A stretch of 64,000 bases of DNA from Nageia nagi (taxonomy: Eukaryota > Plantae > Pinophyta). This document shows, in pieces, positions 23,501-33,915 of this stretch. The DNA is taken from the NCBI GenBank assembly GCA_050084985.1, contig JBITNC010000001.1, positions 48,732,001 to 48,796,000 of the forward strand, written 5' to 3'. A program made the position numbers and the translations under genes. The stretch's first letter is position 1, and each line of letters begins with the position of its first letter. The notes under the pieces are model-generated. The model searched no databases and was not told the origin of the DNA. It saw only the letters and a list, made by a program, of their open reading frames with translations.

Positions 23501-26201
23501 CTACAATATCTGCTCAAAAGTTTGGATCTTTGGCTGCCATTGAAGCAAAACCTGCAGCACAAGCAAAAGCAGTGGTCAGTGAAGAGTATTCACAAACTGC
23601 TTTCGTGTTATTTTGAATTGCTTCGTATTGTCTGTAGGCAACTTATAATTTATTTTTTTCACGTGTACGCAGGTGGAAGATCTCGAGGAAGGTGAAATTG
23701 CTGCATCTGGCGATTCCCATATGGATTTCCAACCTTCAGAGAGCTGGGTACATGAGCGTGAGGATGGTGAAGAGGAACAAGTCTTGCAGCCAAAAACCAG
23801 AAGGAAACGCACAATGCGCCCTCGTCCTCGACCCACTTCAGAGAAGCTGGATGAGAAGTCTAATGTTGAAACCCTAGGGCTTCATGGTGGGAACTTTTAC
23901 CAGCAAGGATCTCATCAGGCAAGTTATGATTTTGGGCGGCAGATAGGACTCAAAAAAGAAGGTGGAGCTGTTAATGAGTCTTTCTTTGACAAGTCCGATT
24001 ACTGGGCTACAAATCTTAAGAGGAAGCATCTTCTGCAATCAAGAGCCGAAGAGAGTCTAATAGATACGATCCCAGTTTCAAAACAACATGTTCTGCTGAA
24101 GCATAATAGGTCAAATGGGCTTGTTGAATCTGTCCAGGATGCCACAGAATATTCTAGAGAAAGATGGGATTCAAAGGTGATGCACATGGTTGGATCTTCA
24201 AGCTTTATTGGCGGGCACATGCCTGACATCACTCAAAAAAAGGTAGCAGTTTACCATCGTGTTGCATGTGTTCTATGAAAAGTAGTATACTAAGTTTTGC
24301 TCACATTTGGGCTATGCAATCGATATTCATTTTTTCAGCTTTCATTACTGTAATAGGTCACCGTAAATAAGGTCTTTTAATACTTTTAAAATCATTCTTC
24401 TAAAGTTGATATTTACATATTTAAACATTAGCAGATGCAGTTGGCAAAATCAGGATATTTTTAACTTTAAAAGTGGCACTTGTGAAACGAGGATGTTTTG
24501 TGTCTGCAAATCGTTGTCCTCTTCTATTTTTTTACATCCTTGTGTTTTTTAGCCCATAAAGATTACTCTATTTTCAAGGAGGTTCCAAAAATTTCTGTAG
24601 CTGTCATTTTACGTTTACATGAAACTGCCTACAGAGTTAAAATAGATATCAAAGCCCCCTGCATGGGATCATTGCCTAAGAATCAAGAGATAGTGCACAG
24701 GAAATTGAAACTTGTGCGAATGCTTTCTATTCTTCTTTTTGGCTTTAACGATTCTTTCATATGGATGCAACTGTTGAAATGTGTAGTACGTGTCCTCTTA
24801 TTTCATAATTACTTTAATATATGTTGTCTGATACAAGATTGGATAAGATGGCCACCAGTTTTGTGAGTTCTATGTATTTATCTGTACTTGTTTTTATTTA
24901 AAAGGGTTGATATTACTTCTATTCTAACCAGTTTGCAAACTGCTTTCTGCCTCATTAGTCAATTTCTAGCATCAGATTAATGACAGTACCATCTAAAACT
25001 TCAGATTGCGATTGTTACCTGAATTGTATCAGTGGAATTTGTTAAAAGTCACGTCAACTCTTGGTTACTTGGGGAAATTCCTATATTGATACTAGTCAGG
25101 GAGCTATTTTTCAGTACATGTTGCAATGCCAAAGGATGTCTGCTTATTTCCTAACAATTGTACCGTATTTTCTGTTGCAGTGCAAGAGTGTGCTTGACAA
25201 AATTCAAGCTACCGTTCACAAGGCTGGAGGACATATAGCAGCACTCTTTTCAGAACTACCTAAACGAAATGAGAATCCAGGATACTACAGGGTTATTATG
25301 AATCCTATTGATGCTCGGATAATAGAGAAGCGGCTTGACCGCTTTGAATATGGAAGTATTTTAGATTTTGCAGCTGATGTGCAGTCGGTGCTAGAGAATG
25401 CTAGTCGTTATGCTTCAGAGGTATTGTACTGTAGTCTGGTTTAGCTGTGGAAATTAAAACGAAAATATTGGAGTCTTTCGTTGTTGGAAAATATATTTAT
25501 TTATCCTTAAAATAATTCTTTGTGATGACCAGGTTAAGGCAGATGCAAGGAGGATTCAAGCTTTGTTCTTACAGCGCATGATTGCAGCCTTTCCGGATGT
25601 GGATTTTAGCTCTGTTAAAACTCGAAGCTTGGTTTCACTTGGGCAATCAGCAACTCCATTTTCATCATCCCCTAAGCAACAATCAATCCAGTATCGGATG
25701 CTGCATAAGTCACAGGATGCTGCAAACCTGGCATCTGATTCAGGTTCAGGAAAATATTTGGCACGAAACTGTAGCGCTCTTGGTGACGAGCTGAGGGAGA
25801 AAGCAGCAGGTCAGAAAGAAAACAGTTCCAAACTGCAGAAAGACGTTAGGGTGATGTTTGGAGATCGGACAAAGGATAGAGAAAGAGGTAAAGCAGATGA
25901 AGTTGACGAAGTGACTCATCCTGGTGATCTTGTTATTTGCAAAAAGAAGCGAAAGGATAGGGATAAAGTAGTAGTGAAATCTAGAATTATCAATCCACCA
26001 GGTGATATTCAAGGTGGACGAGGTTTATCTCACAAGGATATGTTGCTTCCGGGACATGCTAGACAGGCTCAGGGATGGCCTCATTTTGCTAGTGCTGAAA
26101 GGATTAGTGTTGCTGGGCTTGATGCCAAAGATGTTCAGTGGGCTAGACCTGTTAAGAAGTTGAGGACAGATACTGGCAAGCGAAGGCCTAGTCATATCTG
26201 A
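1253..26201 (+). CDS. BRM: BRAHMA-type SWI2/SNF2 chromatin-remodelling ATPase, 14 coding exons: 1253-1492, 6034-7412 (frame break at ~7095-7158), 7522-8853, 8944-9056, 9167-9254, 9467-9553, 15825-15917, 16004-16087, 18701-18904, 21583-21828, 21913-23574, 23673-24242, 25181-25420, 25533-26201
   Basis: Q-rich N-terminus; QLQ ([20 protein letters not shown]); [20 protein letters not shown]-like region; ATPase motifs [59 protein letters not shown]; bromodomain; plant BRM C-terminus [20 protein letters not shown]. All splice junctions are phase-compatible. Summed exon length is 7007 nt, one base short of in-frame. Confidence 0.95.
2003..2298. repeat. Diverged ~120-bp direct repeat in BRM intron 1 (2003-2123 and 2179-2298)
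   Basis: Shared tttcattttggt-aatttga...agttgtaaattg-atatgagatctg-tatatg...ggactag--tataaat. Confidence 0.75.
2440..2665. repeat. Degenerate ~30-bp tandem repeat (gccaagttttgcaaatttgatg-agagaggg)
   Basis: About six recognisable iterations. Confidence 0.6.
3174..4050. mobile_element. Non-autonomous TIR element (hAT-like MITE) in intron 1
   Basis: Perfect 10-bp inverted repeat CACAAGGATA...TATCCTTGTG with subterminal GGGGAC/GTCCC motifs at both ends. No clean TSD. Confidence 0.5.
6034..7412 (+). CDS. BRM: BRM exon 2 (Q-rich region to QLQ domain), with an internal -1 frame break
   Basis: Acceptor TTACAG at 6033. ORF 5974 frame carries [12 protein letters not shown] and [10 protein letters not shown]; ORF 7122 frame carries the QLQ. 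Donor AAG|GTAAGA at 7413. Confidence 0.85.
7522..8853 (+). CDS. BRM: BRM exon 3 (post-QLQ and HSA-like region)
   Basis: Acceptor TTTTACAG at 7521; [34 protein letters not shown]; ends at the GC donor CAG|GCATGT. Confidence 0.92.
8944..9056 (+). CDS. BRM: BRM exon 4 ([18 protein letters not shown]...SIN)
   Basis: Acceptor CTATAG at 8943; donor AA|GTGAGT at 9057 (phase 2). Confidence 0.92.
9167..9254 (+). CDS. BRM: BRM exon 5 ([29 protein letters not shown])
   Basis: Acceptor TTTAG at 9166; donor CTT|GTGGGT; SNF2 Q-motif. Confidence 0.93.
9467..9553 (+). CDS. BRM: BRM exon 6 ([29 protein letters not shown], Walker A)
   Basis: Acceptor TTCCAG at 9466; donor CAG|GTAATG. Confidence 0.95.
10129..10306 (+). 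mobile_element. Short (164-bp) LTR TGTTAG...TCTCA followed by a tRNA-iMet PBS (TGGTATCAGAGC, 10295-10306); TRIM/Copia relic
   Basis: TG...CA termini; canonical PBS two bases after the CA; GGGGG tract just upstream of the TG. Confidence 0.6.
10735..11970 (+). mobile_element. 5'-truncated LINE (RTE/RTEX-like), RT thumb and C-terminal zinc-knuckle relic, in BRM intron 6
   Basis: [20 protein letters not shown] and [11 protein letters not shown], then degenerate ...VCELCSLE...ENHFIFKC; stops and frameshifts. 3' boundary approximate. Confidence 0.75.
12040..13369 (+). mobile_element. Ty1/Copia protease-integrase fragment interrupted by a solo LTR
   Basis: YVDSCATKH protease relic, [18 protein letters not shown]; after the LTR, WHHCYGH...CSTC (integrase HHCC) and FMLFVDDYS. 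Confidence 0.85.
12487..12975 (+). mobile_element. Solo LTR (489 bp) related to the Copia A family, with a perfect 5-bp TSD GAGAT
   Basis: TGTTAG...CCTTCA; GAGAT at 12482-12486 and 12976-12980; shares CCTATAAATAGA-GG and GTGGATGTACTCC...GGAGGAACCAC with the LTRs at 30928 and 38677. Confidence 0.9.
13370..14235. mobile_element. Possible hAT-like non-autonomous element with GGAAAC subterminal repeats and internal ~115-bp tandem duplications
   Basis: Left end CTAAGTTGCAGGAAA; candidate right end TTTCCTGCAAAT at 14221 (11/15 match); duplicated blocks at ~13668-13770 and ~13782-13880; TSD eroded. Confidence 0.35.
14451..14699. mobile_element. hAT-type MITE, 249 bp
   Basis: TIR CATAGTTGAGAAACT / AGTTTCTCAACTATA (14/15); 8-bp TSD CTATGGAA / CTATGAAA (7/8); internal GAGTC subterminal motifs. 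Confidence 0.85.
15825..15917 (+). CDS. BRM: BRM exon 7 ([31 protein letters not shown])
   Basis: TTTGCAG acceptor, AAG|GTATTA donor; helicase motif Ia. Confidence 0.95.
16004..16087 (+). CDS. BRM: BRM exon 8 ([28 protein letters not shown])
   Basis: TTTTGCAG acceptor, CAG|GTATAC donor, 28 codons. Confidence 0.94.
16696..16809. repeat. Local tandem duplications in intron 8 (tattatatagtttagcccacccat-gaagatggat x2; ttataaagaaggttatatta x2)
   Basis: Direct repeats read in the sequence. Confidence 0.8.
18701..18904 (+). CDS. BRM: BRM exon 9 ([10 protein letters not shown]...DEAQ...LLTGTPLQ, Walker B)
   Basis: ATGCAG acceptor, CAG|GTTTGT donor, 68 codons. Confidence 0.95.
20509..20554. repeat. 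(AAT)n microsatellite
   Basis: About 15 AAT-type units with a few substitutions. Confidence 0.85.
20810..21120. repeat. Diverged ~110-bp direct repeat in intron 9
   Basis: gctacta-----ctatca-tgttgttggtt...aattgctgt-agattat...gtaagaaa-accaac-tcta...gctcatta-tga, present twice. Confidence 0.65.
21583..21828 (+). CDS. BRM: BRM exon 10 ([15 protein letters not shown]...EGALPPK)
   Basis: CTACAG acceptor, AAG|GTAATT donor. Confidence 0.95.
21913..23574 (+). CDS. BRM: BRM exon 11 (helicase C-terminal lobe, SnAC, acidic region)
   Basis: TTACAG acceptor at 21912; helicase motifs IV-VI; donor GTG|GTCAGT at 23575 (an alternative GT 3 nt upstream is possible). Confidence 0.93.
23673..24242 (+). CDS. 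BRM: BRM exon 12 ([18 protein letters not shown]...ITQKK)
   Basis: ACGCAG acceptor; [13 protein letters not shown] and EQVLQPK motifs typical of plant BRM; AAG|GTAGCA donor. Confidence 0.9.
25181..25420 (+). CDS. BRM: BRM exon 13 (bromodomain, N-terminal part)
   Basis: TTGCAG acceptor; [23 protein letters not shown]; GAG|GTATTG donor. Confidence 0.9.
25533..26201 (+). CDS. BRM: BRM exon 14 (end of bromodomain, C-terminus, stop)
   Basis: GACCAG acceptor at 25532, in frame with ORF 25563; [16 protein letters not shown] and [23 protein letters not shown]. Confidence 0.92.
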   Translation, partial: VKADARRIQALFLQRMIAAFPDVDFSSVKTRSLVSLGQSATPFSSSPKQQSIQYRMLHKSQDAANLASDSGSGKYLARNCSALGDELREKAAGQKENSSKLQKDVRVMFGDRTKDRERGKADEVDEVTHPGDLVICKKKRKDRDKVVVKSRIINPPGDIQGGRGLSHKDMLLPGHARQAQGWPHFASAERISVAGLDAKDVQWARPVKKLRTDTGKRRPSHI

Positions 26202-27137
26202 TTTTGTAAATAATGAAATCATTTATTGCAATGTTTGCATATTCTATTACAGAAAATCTTCACCATTGTTACAAGTTGTATTTTTAGTACTGGCATAGAA
26301 CGTGCTCTTCATTTAGAGTCTCTCGTTGTAAAATATGTTCTGTAGAAGGTTATGAATACTAACCTGTGTTCCATTGGAATTTTAATATCATGTCCAATGA
26401 TATCCAAAGCAAATGTGTCTGATGTATTGACAATGATTCAGAGCACTGTTGCTGTATTGGATTTGCAAAAACTGCAGAGTTTGGTGAGGATTCACATCTC
26501 TATTTGGTAGTAATTCTAGGCCTTCTGCGCTAAAGGTCTGGCTGGCTTACTTCTTGTTACTATCTCTGTTCTATGAGTACATGCTTTAATTAAATCGGAA
26601 GATGAAAGCTTTGCCAATGGAATTGGGTGAAAGCTGGTTCTTGACACTCATTTTCAACTATTAAATCTCGTTCGAGTAGAATTAGTTCTTCGAGATTTTA
26701 AAGCAAGGGTTTGCTTTCAATCCTGATCATGTATTTTGATTGGTGTCTCGCCTGCATGATATGGTTACTAACGGCATTTTGATGACTTGAATTTCCGAAA
26801 TTAAAATAATATTAAAAAAAAAAAACAACATTGGGTGGTTGAAAAAATTGTAAATTTTTTTTAAATAGAGTTCAGGTTGATTCGAAATGAAAATAATAAT
26901 AATAATATATGGATTAAATTAATTATTTAAAGCTAATTGGAAAGGAGGTGTTGTACTTAATCACGTAAGTAAACATTTCAACAATTGATCATATTATTAT
27001 CACTTTTGAATTATTGCTAAAAACTACTGAATGATAAGGAAGATTTATTTGTTTGATTTGTAGTTTTTAATATTATTTTCAGGGATAAATTTTTGAAGTG
27101 TATGGTTAGGTCAGATTTGTTTTTGAATAAAAAGTAA

Positions 27138-27243
27138 CTCTTTATAGATTTTATGAATAAGTTATTGTTAAACTCAAAATTAATCAAGGTGATTCTTTAT
27201 AGATTTTATGAATAAGTTATCTTTATACTCAAAATTAATCAAG
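27138..27243. repeat. 56-bp tandem duplication
   Basis: ctttatagattttatgaataagttat...actcaaaattaatcaagg x2. Confidence 0.85.
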
Positions 27244-27369
27244 GGTGGTGGTACGAAGAAATTAGTTGCAATATTGAAGTTAAATAAGGTTGCTTTCTAT
27301 CATGTTTGGTATTTATATATGTCAATTAGAAAAACATTTTGAAAATGTTAAAAGTGTATATGCATAAAC

Positions 27370-28520
27370 TCTTGTAATTTGATTATTGTTTTCTCTCTTT
27401 ATGGAGATGATATTGTATTGTTAGCTAGATATTATAATGATCTTGTAAAACAATCGAATATTTTTAAAACTTTTTACAATATATCTACTGTTAATGAAGA
27501 TAAAACTAAAATTATGATCATTAAATCTAAAAAGATCGCTCACCTCACAATCCTTTTTAACAATCAATCTTTAAAGATGGTTCACTCTTACAAATACTTG
27601 GGCATTGACAAGAATTTCTATTATATGGAAAGTTTTATATGGTTTGAAAAATAAGTGCAAATGTAGAACTTCGGAATTGGGATAAATTTTTTTTTTTTTC
27701 TATTACCTTGCAACTCTAGTAACACTATGTGAAGTTTGGGGTGGAAACATTTCTGCTATTTATCCTTTATAACTTCTAAATTACGAATAACACACCATGC
27801 GCAATCCTTTTCATGGAAGTTGGTTTACTTTCTATTGAAAGTGGAGCTTTAAAACAATATATATTATACAATTTTAAGTGAACAAAGTTATATCATCTTA
27901 GATTGCTGGTAATTGCTAACATATTTTTCCAACTCATCGTCCTCTTAAAAGATGTTGGCTAAAAGACTTTGATAAGTGGTGTAATTATTGGGACTTACAA
28001 AACAACGTAAACCGTTTTGATAACAACAAATTAGAAGTACAAATTGCAAATAAAGTAATTCAAATTTTTTGGAGTGATCATAACATCAAAGATAAAAACA
28101 AATTATTTTATTATTAAAATATTATTAATCCAAAACTTGAACATCCTTCATACCCACATAAGATTATGACTTTGAAAATGAAACTTTTAATTTCAAAATT
28201 ATGAACTAATTCACACAAACTACATAGTGAAACTAGTAGATGGATATTACTAAAAACATTTTGGGATAAAAGAATATGCAAGTTCTATAATCTAAATGCC
28301 ATAGAGTATGAGACTCATTTTCTCTTTGTTTTTTTGCCTCCTCTACAAAGACATTAAACAAACTTACAAAGATATTTGCAATTACAGCTTAATCCACAAA
28401 TTCTTAAACTAAGGTAACCAAAATAAGCTTGACTATTTTTGAACAAATTTTGATAGGTCCTAAAAATCATCGAGTTTAAAAAGGACATTAAAAGACTTAC
28501 CTATCTATCTATAATGAATT
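27370..28520 (+). mobile_element. Degenerate 5'-truncated LINE (RTE/RTEX-like) reverse-transcriptase fragment
   Basis: LYGDDIVLLA (YxDD), VNEDKTKIMI, YKYLGI, then TNSHKLHSETSRW...KRICKF...ETHFLF (C-terminal Cys/His domain relic). Confidence 0.8.
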
Positions 28521-29149
28521 CATGTAAACAACTTGTAAGCAATGCATAAAGATAATAAACAAATCTATAATGATATTTGAAATTACAATATGATCCATAA
28601 ATTCTTAAATCAAGATAATTAAAATAAGTTTGGTGATTTTATTATGAATCTTAATTTGGTCAAAAACAATAATTTAAATACATAGATCATACATATTTAT
28701 CTTTGGACACATTTTAATAGATCCTACAATCCTTCAATATCCACCCACCTTTGGGATTCACATTGGATGAGTCAACCTAGTAGGTGGCCACATGCTCAAC
28801 TTTTGCTCAATGTAGATTTAAATTTGAAGTTTAAACTTTAAATTTAATATTTTTTACTTTTTACTTTATTTAATTATTCAATTTTATTTTAAAATAAAAA
28901 TTAAATTAGATTTCAATAATAAAGAGAGGAATACCAAAAAAAGATTTTAAAACCGCAAGGGGCTCAAGGGTTTCATTATTTCAACAAGTACACCTAACTC
29001 TATTTTCCTTAGTTGAAGGTTGCCGCCTTTTTCCTCTGTGATCAAGAGCTATTTCCAATCAAGGATCAAGCACCTAAAGTGCACTAACTTTGGAAATATA
29101 ATTCTAGCCCTCTAACATCAACATGCACTCAAAAAAGAAAATGGATATA

Positions 29150-30318
29150 CTAGGGATGTTAATCCCACAAATAGCTTGCATCTCATGGAACAAAAGCTCA
29201 CATTTAGAATTAAGGATCTCATCATTGATTGAGTGGAAGGCCTTGAAAAGTTGTTTAAATTGAGTATTGATATGTTGGAGCTTTTAGTCTCCAACCTCTC
29301 TCAAACTATTTAAGAACAACGAACAATCATAACCACACAAGCTAACCATATCAAACAACTTGAAAAATATATCTTTGAGATACAATCCAAAAAATAACTA
29401 AATGGTACAAATTATCTTATCTTCTAAGTGAAAGATAAGATGACCAACTCGAACACTCTCAAATTCCTCTTGTAGAAGAGATCCCACAACTCCAAGATAT
29501 TATTTCTAAACTTAGGGCCAAATAATATGATATTCTTATTCAACATGAATATCAGAGACATGAGACCATCGCCCAACAATAATCCATCCAAAAATAAGTG
29601 GAGGAACAAAAATCATGGGTACATGTTGTAAAGGAAAAGAACCCCACCAGTGTCTGAAATGGTGATATAAGTGTAATTTGAAAAGAAAAAGATGTGTCAA
29701 ACTAAGGAACTCAATCTTCGAGTTCATGGTCTTCCAAAAATGATTAACCCATTACTTTTTAGACATGTTTTCCTATAAAAGACCTTGTATTTGAAATACA
29801 TCACCCTTGACAAGGCTTGGACTACCATATACAAGACTCTCATTATTCATTTCTGGTCATAAGGGGAATGACTACAAGCTCAACGAGCCAAAAGGAAATT
29901 ATTCATTATTCCAAATAAATTATTCCTTGTTGAAGACCTAACTTGATCGCAATACAAAGAACTCAAAGCTAACAAAAGAATGATAGAAACTAGAGAATAA
30001 GCTAAATGGTTTATTCTTTTAAGTAGTAGAGTTTGGCTACGTGATAATCCTCCCTCAAGATGGACTAAAACTTGACTCACATCAGCATGATACTAGACAT
30101 CGAGTCTTTGGTCTCATTAATATTAGCATGTGGAATTGTGATGGCTTTTTATTCACTAGGTTCATTGAATAATATAATTGGTGATAGGGATCTCATCCTA
30201 CTACTTGAAACCTATGAAGTGTAATTGGAACCACTACCATCCAATACAAGTTACTCTTGGTTTTTTTCTATGGAATAAAGATTTAACAAGGTACTAAAGG
30301 ATTTAGAGGTGTTGCTTA
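29150..30318 (+). mobile_element. LINE 5' part: ORF1 relic and start of the AP-endonuclease, interrupted by Copia B
   Basis: ORF1-like KELNLRVHGLPK and FLVEDLT; EN motifs NISMWNCDG, DLILLLETYE, RGVA. 5' boundary approximate. Confidence 0.7.
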
Positions 30319-33300
30319 TGAGGGATGAAGAACATTGATTGATTATTATTGCAGTAGAAATGAATACAATATATAGACCAAGGATATGTAATAGAAGAAT
30401 CCTCGAGATGTACGTAACTACAATTCTACCACCTGTTTTGCATACTACCATAAAAGAACCCATTAAATATTATGTTCTAATAGTCTACCATAAAGGAGAA
30501 ACAACCAAAACAAATATGCTTTGGTATAATAGACAAGGGATCGTATGCATTTAGGATGGAATCACTACAATCAGGATGGATCACACATGATGGAGGAAAA
30601 TACATTACGATCATTATTCTACACACCACATGGACAAGCCAAACTGATAACAAATAGGAACACTGCAACTACACACTAAAAACACACGATCAAATGAAGA
30701 TGACTATGATCACTTGGAATCATCTGTGATCACACAAAACATTAAAATCAAACTTGCCCCAGATATGTTTGCGATCTTCTATTGGATGAAAACGATTGAG
30801 GTAAGTTGCATGCAATCTAATATGGATGTTTGCAATCAGTTATGTAAACTACAATCCGAAATGCAAAGAGCTAATTTTGGAGTCTTTGTTAAGTCAAAAC
30901 TCCAACATTATCCCCCTTGAGGTAGAGTGTTGGAATGTATAATGCATTATTGTAAAGGTTTGTATTAAATCTTTTATGTAAGTTTACTAATACTTAAGGG
31001 TATCATTTGATACCTTAAGTATTTAAGTGAATATGATAATGTAACTTGTCCTACACTCCATGTCATGAGCATGCCCCTTGGGTAAAAGGATGTGCATGTC
31101 ATGCTTTTGTACATTGGATAAAAGGGTGATCCAAAGAGGGATTTTGGCCTATAAATAGAAGGCTCCCTCTTTATGATAACACACCAATTGTGGAGTAAAG
31201 TTATGCTATAAGATAGAAGTGTAGGAGTTGAGATTAGGAGGATTGTAAGAGAGTTGTATTTGTGATTGAAGTCAAGATCTAGTTAGTGGATGTACTCCTA
31301 GTTGGAGGAACCACTTACATCTTGTGTTATGAGATTGCTTTGTGAGTTTATTTGATGTAATTATGAGCTTTCATGTGATCTTGGTTGATTAGGAATTATC
31401 TTGTTAGTGTTAGTTCATTCATATTGGTATCAAAGCACTTTGGAGGCTCCTCTTCACATCCTTGGTGATTGAAGTTCTTCATCTTCAACTTGGAGGTTCT
31501 TATTACTTAGCCTTCACTCCATTATAAGGTGAAAGATATTCAAAGGTATAAACTCCTTTACTTTTGCTACATAATACTAACCTTTTTTTTGGTTAGTCAC
31601 TTTTTTTAAAAAGAAATTTACTTGAATAATGTATAATTGCTATACATTTTTATTATTATTTAATTGTGAGGTACTAACATTCTCTTGTTATGAACCAATC
31701 CATTTTTTTGAATATACTTATATGTTATTACAACGGATTTTTTTTTTCTAACAAAAGTATTTTATTAGTTGTAATTAAAAAAAATGGTTATGATATAAAA
31801 ATAATGTTATAATTTTATAAAAATTATACATTATTTTATTTCACTCCATTATGAAGTGCTAGAATAAGGAGGTAATGTTTTTTAAAAGAAACAAAGGGGG
31901 GCTGTGCGACCTTCATGACCACCTCCACTACCTTTCGTAGCCTCTTCCTGCCCCTTGGCCTACATTGCTCTATGAGACCTCCACGATTGCCTTTGCAACC
32001 TCCTCTGTTGCCCTCTGTAGCCTCCTACCACCCCCTCAGCTTGTGTCACTTTGTGCAACCTCCACACTACCTCTGTCACCCTCCGTGGCCCCATCTTGCT
32101 ACCTCTGCTGACATTGTTGCCTAGTTGACCATCCAGCACCTCCTCCTTGTGCCTCCCACTAGCTACCCAATGACCTCTGTGGCCTTCATCGACACTACCA
32201 CCCATTCGACCATCCAGTGCCTCCCACTAGCTACCTAGCAGCCCTTGTGGTCTCCTTCGACACTACTGCCCAACCGACCATCTTCCACCTCCTCCCCTCT
32301 ACTCTATCGCCTATGATTTGCTATGCATGGCATTTTTTTCTCACCACTTGATTTGCTTGTTAAAATAATTGCACCCTTTTATGAGGTATTAATTTTTTTT
32401 CCTTTGTTCACAAGCAAGTTCTTGACTTACTATGCATGGAGTAAAAATGAAGGAAAATCATTCAATTGGGTTGTTGAATTTAATGCATTTGGGTAGAGTA
32501 TAGACTTAGTCTGTCACATTAAATTGGAGTAGAGGTGTCTCATTTATTTTTGGTAAAGTAATTATGATTTTGTTTCTCCTACTTGGAGCAAGATAGCTTT
32601 AACTAGGTACGTATAGTAGAGGCATATCTTTACAAGTTTTATTTTGCCTTAATTGCATTGCACTTTACATTGGTAATTATTACTTAGCTAAAAGTAATAT
32701 TACTTATGATCTTTATTAAGTAACAAGGGGAAATTTTTACTTAATTTTTAGATCTTTAGAGCAATGTTATGGAATAAACATACCTAGAAGAATTTTTTTT
32801 TTCCATAAACTAGTATGCCATTTTTTAGAATACAACATTAAGTAAAAAAAGAAGAACTTGTATAATTTTTTACTTAAAACTTTATTTAGATTTTGCATTT
32901 TAAATTTTATAATGCATGCTTAATTTACTCGAATGATGCACTCTTAATTTTTTTTTAAAAAGCTATGTGAATGATGCAGTTTTTTTGCTTGATGCTTAAA
33001 GCTTAAAGTTTTTAAGTTAATGCTTAGGACTTAAAATTTTTTAAGATACATGCTTATGACTTAAAAAAAAATGCATGTTGAGTATTTATCCTTATGCAAA
33101 GTATGGAATTGTGCAAAATAAGAGATGATGTAAAGATATCCTTTAAGGATTGGTAAATAAAACCCATTGGACACTTAGGTTTCAATATTATGAATGGATG
33201 ATGTTTCATTTATGCACTTTACTTCATGTTTTGCACTTTGATTTATTTTATTATATGCAAACATTGATATGAGCAACCCTTTAAAATGAACACATCTGCA

Positions 33301-33915
33301 TATACATTCCACAACATAACTTGTTTGGGGAGCCATGAGGTGAGGATAGGCAGATTGTAGCCTTTAAGTTTGAAGATCCAAATGGTGAAAAGTTCATACT
33401 TCTTAATTTCTTTTAAGTCCTCTGTTGGTCTAGATTTAACTGTAATAGGTGAACATGTATGTGTGTAGTGATACCACATATCCGCACATCCATTTAGAGA
33501 TTATCCTAATAACCTAAGAGGACAACTTGAAACCTAATCAAGATTAATAATTTGGTCAATCCAATAAAAATCAGAACCTTGAAAAATAGCTAGTACTTCT
33601 CTTTGTGAGAGTATATTACTAGCCAAGGGGAACTGGTTGAACTGAGCTCTTTTTATGTGGACATCCAGGTGAAGGCCTAATTTTAGATAAGAAAATAAGT
33701 CTCAGCAATGTCACTCTACATCTACGATTCTTGAGATGAGAAATGTATTTGGGTACATGGGTTAGTATTTGAATTGTAAAACATTTGCACTTGTGAATCA
33801 AATCAAACATGTATTTAGTACTAAATGTAACATGTATTATTTACTTGATTAAAATTTAATATTTAATGTTGTTTATTAAAAACACATGCTTATTATTTCA
33901 CTTTTTTTGTAGCAA

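Noticed and set aside
24498-24866. 122-aa ORF in BRM intron 12
   Set aside because: TTG start, intron-like composition, and no gap in the BRM protein for it to fill.
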